DNA of 45,748 nucleotides, taken from contig NIVC01001098.1 of the NCBI GenBank assembly GCA_002269645.1, forward strand, positions 366,963 to 412,710. The letters run 5' to 3'. How positions within the stretch are numbered: the stretch's first letter is position 1; each line of letters opens with the position of its first letter. This document shows, piece by piece, positions 37,790-45,748 of this stretch. The translations under genes were made by a program, and so were the position numbers. This DNA is from Macrostomum lignano. Taxonomy: Eukaryota. The notes beneath the pieces are model-generated. The model did no database searches. It was not told the DNA's origin and saw only the letters and a list, made by a program, of their open reading frames with translations.

Positions 37790-39086
37790 CTAGTCGAAAG
37801 GTGAGACGCATTCGCACAGGGCTTTGTACTGAGCAACGGTGTCCAAGAAATCCGACAAAGCCCCATGCGCATTGAGCCGACCAATGACATTCTCGCCACT
37901 CGCTCCGTAGTTGTCCGGCTCCACCGCGTTCCACAGGCTGTCGTCAAGGGTGATGTTGCAGCTGGCCCAGTGCCAGCCGCCTCTCGGCTCGGGACTTCCA
38001 GGAGTTTGGTAGCCTCCGAGCCACATCGTGGATCCAGCGCTGTAATTGCTGTAGATCGTCTCCACGTGGCTCATCTCGGTGGCGTCCATCACATCGGTCA
38101 TGATCACCAGACCGCTCTCCGACTTGCACTTCTGTTTGCTTGGCCACCAGAAGTCGGCTTCATTCAGCAGCTTGTACTTCACTCCGCACAGGTCGTCTCC
38201 GTAGCCAGATGAGGGTCGTTTCACAAACCCTAATTTTCACAACGTCGAAAATAAGCAATGCAGCAGATTTCACAAGACCTAAATTTCACAAGCCCTAAAT
38301 TTCATAACACCTAAAAGGCATGCACAGAATTTCAAAAGCCCTAAATTTCACTATCTCTAAATTTCACAAACCCTAAATTTCACAAACCCTAAATATCACA
38401 ACGTCGAAAATTAAATTTGCTTCTATTTTCAGAAGCTCTAAATTTCACAAGCTCTAAATTTCACAACGCCTAAAAACACTGGAGCTACAATCTTTCACAA
38501 GACCTAAATTTCACAACGCCTAAAAACACTATGGAGATACAATCTTTCACAAGACCTAAATTTCACAACGCCTAAAAACACTATGGAGATACAATCTTTC
38601 ACAAGACCTAAATTTCACGACGTCTAAAAGCACGTCTGAGAGATTGTATCTCCATAGTGTTTTTAGACGTTGTGAAATTTAGAGCTTGTGAAATTTAGAG
38701 CTTATGAAATTCTGTGCACAACTTTTCGACGTTGTGAAAATTAGGTCTTATGAAAAGTATGGCTTGTGAAATTTAGGGCTTGTGAAATTTATAGTTTATG
38801 CAGTCTGATGCAAGTTTTGTTTTCGACGTTGTGAAATTTAGAGCTTGTGAAATTTAGAGCTTATGAAATACTGTGCACAACTTTTCGACGATGTGAAAAT
38901 TAGGGTTTATGAAATTTAGAGCTTATGAAAGTTTGTGTCTTGCGACGTTGTGAAATTTAGGGCTTGTGAAAGCGACCCGCCAGATGGACACAGCGAGCCC
39001 GGCTCGAGTCCCGGCTGCTGCTTCGCCTTTGTATGGAATGTCCTTGGCTTTAGCGTCGTCTTTAGCACCCATGCAAGTGACGTACG
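37790..39086 (-). pseudogene. C-type lectin domain exon interrupted by a MITE
   Basis: Removing 38212-38978 plus one TSD copy restores one frame: ..GSLCPSGYGDDLCGVKY..WWPSKQKC..MWLGGY..GGWHW..WNAVEPDNY..EN..LSD..KALCE. Promoter, signal peptide and other exons were not located. Confidence 0.7.
38212..38978. mobile_element. Foldback-type MITE (767 bp) with 16-bp subrepeat arms and an 8-bp TSD
   Basis: Left end AGGGTCGTTTCACAAACCCTAA; right end reverse complement GGGTCGCTTTCACAAGCCCTAA. TSD GCCAGATG at 38204-38211 and 38979-38986. The arms are inverted arrays of AAATTTCACAAGCTCT-like units. Confidence 0.88.
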
Positions 39087-39429
39087 TCAGGGTTGCAGCT
39101 CAACTTCATGCAATGAGTCTTAATGAGTCATCTTCTGATTCATTGGGGGTTACGTGGATGCACTTTTAATTGAATTCCGTGTGGCCGCCATGAGTGCCCG
39201 AAGACTTATGTATGTTTCCGCCGACATGTCTAAAGCAATCGAATTTTTGAAGCGCAGTTTTTCTCGATCGAAATTGTCTACCCCATATAGCGCTATATGC
39301 GTTCTCTATAGAGCATACTAATGCACTGGTGACGTTCCTTACCGGCCTCTAACCCATGTCTAGAAACTCGAGTGTATATAGTTATAGCGTCTTGCTTGTA
39401 CCTTCAATTTCAGCCTGGTCCAATGACTT

Positions 39430-39802
39430 TATTTTTTTTTTAGAGGCAGGGGGGTTGTGTGCACCCTGGCGCACTTTAAGCGACATAGGCACACAACCGG
39501 CGAGAGGCATTACTGCCCATTTCGCCGATACCCCTGAGCAGGCATACAAGCGCGCGGATACGTACGCTGTACGCAGGCACACACTCACACAGGAGTGTAC
39601 AGCGGCCCTAACTTTATATTATCGTTAGGCATGTACAATTCACTGCGCCTTGGGGGGGTTGGCTCTCAAGGCCGTTAATTGCACGAGCAGAGCCAAGCCG
39701 AGATTCCAATTCAGCCCCAAATTAATGTGACTGCACTTGGAATCGAGCCTGGGTCGCTGGCACACCAAAGCAGCTGGGCTACCGCTGGGCTACGGTCCCC
39801 CT
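39430..39802 (-). mobile_element. tRNA-derived SINE family A, full length
   Basis: 14-bp TSD TGGTCCAATGACTT at 39416-39429 and 39803-39816; poly(T) on plus is the A-tail; A box TAGCCCAGCGG and B box GGCTCGATTCC on minus. Confidence 0.9.
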
Positions 39803-39819
39803 TGGTCCAATGACTTAAA

Positions 39820-39935
39820 GGGGTCGTACTATAAAGCTGTCGTAGCGTAAGTTCGATTGTACGTCGGAACTTTTACCCTACGGAGATAGGAGCTAAGAAC
39901 GATCTTATCTTACGATTGCTTTATAGAACGGGCCC
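39820..39935. mobile_element. Tiny MITE (116 bp), possibly PIF/Harbinger-like
   Basis: Imperfect 18-bp TIRs GGGGTCGTACTATAAAGC and GGGCCCGTTCTATAAAGC; flanks AAA and TAA give an imperfect 3-bp TSD. Confidence 0.45.
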
Positions 39936-40799
39936 TAAAGTCTGTATCGTATCAGGGGGCGTCGCCATGGATTTTATGGTGGGGGCCGGGACAAATCTAA
40001 GAATTTTAAGTCATGTACATTTTAAGTCATGTAAAAATACATAAATTTTTACATGTTTTGAGAATCACTCCGCCTAAGTTGGCACGCGTTTGTTAAGTTA
40101 AAGGCGCGGCCGCGGTCTCAAGATTCCAGTGTAGATCCACATGCATGTACATGCATGTATGCATGCGTAAAAAACAGGCGCGGCGGAGGAAGAAAAATAT
40201 TAGGTGGGCAACACTGGCAAACTCAGATATTTTTTGGACGGAGAGCCCTAGATGGAGATAATATAGACTATGCTATATTATAATTACTTGAGCAAACCTA
40301 TAATAGGCTACAGCCACCAAGCATCATCCTCTAGACTTTGTCCGCCTCGATCTGCGTTCACTTAATTTTTAAAGCGGAATAAGTTAGTTAAGACGGAATA
40401 TTAGATGGTGAACAATGAAGGGAGACCGGGCGGACGATACCCAAGGGCAGCGCAAAAGATCGAGGAATAATAAAGTAACTTAACAGACGCGCCGACGGGC
40501 AGGGCTGCTTGGCGCGTGACGTGGTCGTCGAATGGTCACGGCGGCGGCTGCAGTCACAGGCAATCCGGAAGTCTCGGATTTGGGTGGGTGTTAGGGGAAG
40601 TTTCAAACGATAGGGAAGGAAAGGGCAGTTAGCGGGTGCTTATTGGGAGATCCTGAGGATCTAGGAGCAATCAAAGTATTTAAGGGCGATTTACTCGGTC
40701 AAGAGAAAATGTGGGAAAAGTTGCCTATTCGGGTACTGTCGAGTTTCTCTGGGAAGGCTCGGTCTCGCGAGAAAACAGAACAACAACAACAACAACAAC

Positions 40800-43077
40800 A
40801 TAATAATAATAATAATAATAATAATAGTTACGCCCCACGCCAGCCGAAAGGACCGCTTAGGCGTGGCCAGGGACGATCAGCCCGCTACGTCGACCGCCTT
40901 TTTGAAGATGCGCGAGCACCCAGCCAGGCGGCCGGTGTGAAGCACGTTGGAGACCTAGCTTTGAAACGCGCGATTTGACGCCCCCCCTCTTGGCCACTCC
41001 CTTTGGGGTCCACAGCAGGACGTCCTGCAGCGGCTCTGGGCAGTAGGCCAAGCCGCTGACTCAGCAGGGCAGAAGGCCGCGTCAGACCTGTGCGCTTGTA
41101 CAGAGACTCGGTTGTCTTGCTACCAGGGCCGCAGCGGGCGTCAAAAGCGGCGCGGACTAGGGCCGCATGCGCCGCGTCGAGCTGCGCCTCAAGCGCCCCG
41201 GTCAGCGTCCAGGTCTCAGCATTGTACAGCAGGGCGGTCTCAACAACCGCCTGGTACATCTGGGACCTGGCGCCGTCGGACAGGGCCTCGGAGAGCAGCA
41301 CCGCCCGCACAGATCGGAAGGCAAGCCGCGCCTTCGGGAGACTTGCCGCGCCGTCTCGCTAGGTCGTCGCCGACGTCAGGCACCAGTCCGCCGAGGTAGA
41401 CGAACTGAAGGCAATTCGGGAGCACCGTCCCGGGGCCGTCACCGTCTCGAAGTCGAATCTCGGCGGGTAGATCATGCGGCACCGTCAGCACCTCGGTCTT
41501 CCTGGCGTTGATGATGAGACCGAACCTCGCCGCTGCCGCAGTCAGGCCGTCCAGCAGCCATTGGGCGCCTTCGGCCGTCGAAGACAGCCGGGGGAGGTCG
41601 TCCGCGTAGCCAAGGACAGACAGTTTCCTCTCCGGGTGCCGTCTACTGGTGCGCCTTTGCAGCAGAAAGCCGTCCTCTGTTGTTGGCAGGCCGGTCCTGA
41701 GCACCCAGTCCATCACCAGCACGAAGAGAAAGGGCGCCAGAGTGTCACCCTGTAGCACACCGGAGGTCGTGCTAAACAGGTCCGACGGTCCGTCTGGCGT
41801 CGCTACCGCGGCGGTGGTGTCCTGATACAGCGCCATGATGGCGGAGATTAGCTGCTGCGGTACGTTGTAGGCACGGAGCACGTGAGGCAGCGCGCCGCGC
41901 GCCACCGAGTCGAAGGCCTTGAGGAAGTCGACCAAGATGACGATAAGGCTTGACTGGTGGATGCGCGCCTCCTCGATGATGCGGTGGAGGGCCAGGATCT
42001 GCGTCACCGTACCGCGACGGGGGCGGAACCCGTTCTGCTCGTACCGCAGGAACGAGTCCAGCACGGGCTGTAACCGTGCTAATAGCACCCGGTTGAATAG
42101 CTTCGCGGTACAGGACATGAGCGAGATTCCACGATGCTTCTCCTTCCGTGTATTGCCTTCCATGTTGGCCTGGGTCCACTCGCGGGGCGCGGGGCCTCCT
42201 GCCAGGACGCCGTTCATCACGCGGGCCACCTCAGTGGAAACCCTTGAGACTCGCAGCGCCTCGACGGGGACCTCGTCCGGGCCGGGGGCGCGGCCTCCCG
42301 GAGCCCTGCGGGCGAATTCCACGACGTCGGTGCTGGTCACAGGACGGGTGTCGAAGTTCTCCTGCCGTGGCAGCGCCACCTCGAGGGGCAGCAGCATCTC
42401 GTTCGGCAGAGTCGGCGGCGGCGCGTTGACAATGGCGGCGAAGAAGGTGCGCAGCTCGTTTCTGCGCTCTTCGGCCGTGTCGCCAGCCAGGTTAAGCGCC
42501 GTCTTCTTTTTGCAACCGGTTAGGGGGTTCACGACCGGCCAGACGACCCTGTTCTGCCGTTCAGGCCCGACGGAGGCGACTGCCCTGATTGCGTCGTCAA
42601 GAGCGGCTTGCTGTCGACTAGCGTAGGCGTCTGCCAGGGCTTTCTCGGCATCGGATGTCGGTCGCCTGGCTCGTCGCAGCTGCTCGACTGTGCGGCGGGC
42701 CTCCCGGACCTCCGGGTCGCTTGCCCAAACCAGAAGTTTCCGTGAACGCGGGCTCCATAAGCGACAAAGTTTTGGCAGCGGCAGTGGTGATGGCTGAGCT
42801 GATGGTGGTGTAGTCTGGCGCCTGCGCGGATCCCAGGGCAGTCGCGAAGATGTACGCAAAGTTGCTGCGGGTTCCGGGGTCTTGCAAGGCGTAGAAAAGT
42901 CTTCTCCTAGGGCGTTTTGGTGGCCTGTACAGCGGGTCAGAGAGCCTCAGGTCGCAGTAGAGTAGGCGATGGTCGGACCGGACAGCCAGGGGTTCCATTG
43001 TGTCACAGTTCTGCAGCCGACTGCGTTCGCGGTGTCGAACCAGCGCATGGTCAAGCTGCGCCAGGCGGGTCGTGGCG
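40800..43077 (-). mobile_element. RTE/RTEX-like non-LTR retrotransposon 1, 5'-truncated within the endonuclease
   Basis: APE endonuclease C-terminus (QLDHALV..SDHRL); RT motifs HRGISLMSCTAKLFNR, QNGFRP, DFLKAFDSV, GVLQGDTLAPFLF, YADD; post-RT LLYNAETWTL; (ATT)n tail at 40800-40826; several frameshifts. Confidence 0.9.
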
Positions 43078-43101
43078 AACAACAACAACAACAACAACAG
43101 C

Positions 43102-43152
<51 letters not shown>

Positions 43153-43165
43153 AATAATAACAACA
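43078..43165. repeat. (AAC)24-(AAT)3 microsatellite between the two RTE-like elements
   Basis: Directly visible, with one AGC interruption. A shorter (AAC)7 lies at 40779-40799. Confidence 0.95.
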
Positions 43166-44490
43166 AAAGACAGTGACCAGAAGGGGGGAGTCAGATGGCA
43201 CGCCGATTGGGACAGGTCCCTAAAAAAGTCGCACCCGCCCGCCTGGTTAGGGACGCTAGCAGCGTCCTTTAACAGTCTGTTAATGCAGCGAGCCGTTCGC
43301 CACTGGCCTCGCCTGTGTGGTTCCTGCAGCTGAAGCAGCAGCACGTCATGCAGCAGCGGCTCCCGGCAGCGAGCTTCTGACCGGATGATGTGGGCAGCCG
43401 CCGTTCGAGCAGCAGGTCAGGGTTGCCCTCTCATAGAGCGCGGCGTTCGTCTTGGTGACTGGGCCGCTGCGAACTCCAAAAGCAGCACGCAGCATGGCCG
43501 CATGCGCAGCGTCCAGCTGCGTCTCCCGGGCATCCGTCAGGATCCAGCTAGGCGTCTGTATTGTGAAATAAGACCGTCTCAACGACTGCCTGGAACAACT
43601 GAGACCTGAGCCTGTCGTCCAGGGCCACAGAGTGCAGCATCGAGAGCGCAGTGCGGAGAGCAGCCCAGGCCAGTCTGCGTCGTCCTGCGAGGTCACCGAT
43701 ACAGAAAGTGCTTGCAGCGGGATAGCGAAGTCACTGCCCCGTCAGTGCCTCGGCAGAAAATCTCGGGCAGCAAGTCCGATGAAACCGTGAAGACTTCTGT
43801 CTTCTGCGGGTTCAGCTTGAGTCCGACCCGCGCCGCTGCCACCGTCTGTCCATCCAGCAGCCGTTGGGCGCCTTCGGTCGTCGAGGACAGCAGATCGAGG
43901 TCGTCCGCGTAGCCGAGCACGCGCAGAGCCGTTTCTCCGGGTGCCGCCGACTCGTCCATCTTCTCAGCCGTCGTCCGAGTTGGGCAGGCCGGTCCTTAGC
44001 ACCCAGTTTCGCACTTCGTCTCGATACCGAAGAAGCCGGGCACGACGTAGGAGGCCGCGAGAGCACAGGGGGATCTTGCTTATGTCTTGTGCTGCGAAGC
44101 TGTTCAACCCCAAATGATGGTAGCGCGGTTACAGCCTGCGTTGGACCCGCTTCTGCGCCCCGTGCAGAACGGGTTCCGGCCGCAGCGTGGCACAGTGACG
44201 CAGATTCTCGACCTCCGCCGCATCATCGAGAAGGCGTGCATTCACCGTTCAAGCTTTGTCGTTTTCATTGAGGTCCTCAAGGCGTTCCCCTCGGTGTCTT
44301 GTGGCGCATGCCTCTCATGCTCCGAGCCTAAAACGTGAGCAGCAGCTGGTTTCCGCCATCGTAGCAATGTACCAGGACACGACCGCTGCTGTGATGACTC
44401 GAGCCGGCCTGTCGGACAAGTTCAGCACGTCTTGACACAGGAGTGCTGCGGGGACACTCTGGCGTCCTTTCTGTTCGTGCTTGCTCAAGG
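43150..44490 (-). mobile_element. Related RTE-like element 2, degenerate, with an inverted 5' segment (about 44040-44490 on plus)
   Basis: Minus strand: WVLRTGL, VLGYADDLDLLSSTTEGAQRLLD, QLDAAHAAMLRAAF. Plus strand: LMSCAAKLFN, QNGFRPQRGTVTQIL, MYQDTTAAV, FLFVL. Confidence 0.8.
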
Positions 44491-45748
44491 GACCGAAACC
44501 CAGAGAACAGCAAAGCAAAGTAAAGGGTAAAGGATGGCCGTGACCTGTCCTTACAGACCGATCCGTTACAAAGCAAACCTGATAACTCCACCCCACTGTA
44601 GCGAGCAACTCTGGCTGGTTATTGCGAGTGTTAGTTAGCCACTCAAAAAGTGGAGAAATAGAATGTGGCTGTGCCTGTATATTTATTGTCTGGTCACAGA
44701 TTTCCGGTTCATTGAGTGCGCGTTGGGATGTGCTCGAGCAGAGGGAAGTGGATAGGCTGGGTGGGGCTGGGGGTCACGGAGTGCAAACTATAGGTGCCCG
44801 AACTGCCTGCCTGCGCATGCTACACCCACCAGCCGCGCTGTGATTGGACAAAGACTTGGGGTGCAGCTCAGTGGAGAAAATGATTGATGATAGGGTATTA
44901 TACTGTATAACAGGCGGGGAAAATCTGGGGAGATAGGGGTACCGTAAAAGTGGTCACACGCATGATTAATTTTAAACAATAGAAAGGAGTTGAGGATGCA
45001 GGGGTTGATGCACTGGAGAGTGGGAGAGTGGGCGGACGATAGGCGAATGGGGTGGGCACAAGAATCACAGGGGACGAAGGGAGGGTGCGCAAAAGTGGAG
45101 GGGGGTGGGCCTACATACAGATGTCAGCTACTGAAATATTGGGAAGGCAATGCCTCCCCCAAAAAATCATTGGGTAGGCAATTGCCTACACTGCCCCGGC
45201 TCAGCCGCGCCTGTGCGTAAAGTATATAATAGTTTTTATTCCTGTTATCTTCTGCTCACAAGTCAGAAAGAATTTTCAACTCACTGGCCTCTGAGGGCCC
45301 TGTTATGAGTGTGAGGCTCACATCTCCGAATCTCTCTCTGCCGCAAATTATCCAAGACAGTGTATTTTATATTCAAGCAAGCAAACTGGTTTAGTTGACA
45401 AAATGAAGAGCAATGCATAGTTTGAGCGGGGCAGGGTTATCGCTCGAGCAGTTTTCTCTGTCCCGTTGTTAGGCAACCATATCAACCCCCCCCCTAAGCA
45501 CTGCTGCGAGTCTACTGTGTCACGCGTTCGCAGGCTGCTGGCTTGGCCTTCGAACCTCAGCTTTGTTATCTGCCCTTTAGTGTAGAGCTGGTCTGGCTGG
45601 ATAGACCCGGTCGAGACGAGAGGAGGCCGTTGTTTTTTTCGCTTTGATATAAGCACAATTCCAGTGCTTACAAAAGTATACCTATATTATTGGCTCTTAC
45701 ATGTATATATGGTTACATGTTACGTAAAGCTACACATGTAAGTGACGG

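Larger units (their letters stand above)
40175..45213. mobile_element. Probable hAT-type non-autonomous element hosting the nested retrotransposons
   Basis: 10-bp TIRs CAGGCGCGGC (40175-40184) and GCCGCGCCTG (45204-45213). TGCGTAAA at 40164-40171 (followed by 3 extra A) and at 45214-45221. Confidence 0.5.

Noticed and set aside
40140-40157. 18-bp perfect palindrome CATGCATGTACATGCATG and scattered TACATGTA motifs
   Set aside because: Low-complexity CATG/TACA repeats with no associated structure or function evident.

Overview
This is eukaryotic (animal) genomic DNA, with GC-rich exons, AT-rich introns, tRNA-derived SINEs and many minisatellites. The style resembles a free-living flatworm such as Macrostomum, but that is inference only. 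The centre holds six co-oriented plus-strand genes: GALE, POLR3D (RPC4, one apparent 1-nt frameshift), intronless GCNA/ACRC, BAP1/calypso, an orphan coiled-coil gene and sFRP1/2/5. Two inverted copies of a ~2.2 kb non-coding solo-LTR-like element (3103-5318 and 35352-37545) bracket this block; each has 10-bp terminal inverted repeats (TIRs) and its own 4-bp target-site duplication (TSD). The right end contains a C-type lectin exon split by a foldback MITE with an 8-bp TSD, and a probable hAT shell holding two head-to-tail RTE-like retrotransposons at an (AAC)n tract, one with a twin-priming-type 5' inversion. Mariner, Crypton-like, Gypsy and hAT relics are also present. I found no prokaryotic system, CRISPR array or true tRNA/rRNA gene. 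The best leads are a PBX-PREP/MEIS decamer plus two TCF sites upstream of an sFRP with a very long polybasic tail, the LTR pair and its promoter, the lectin insertion, the POLR3D frameshift and the RTE insertion behaviour. All coordinates, alignments and translations were read by eye.
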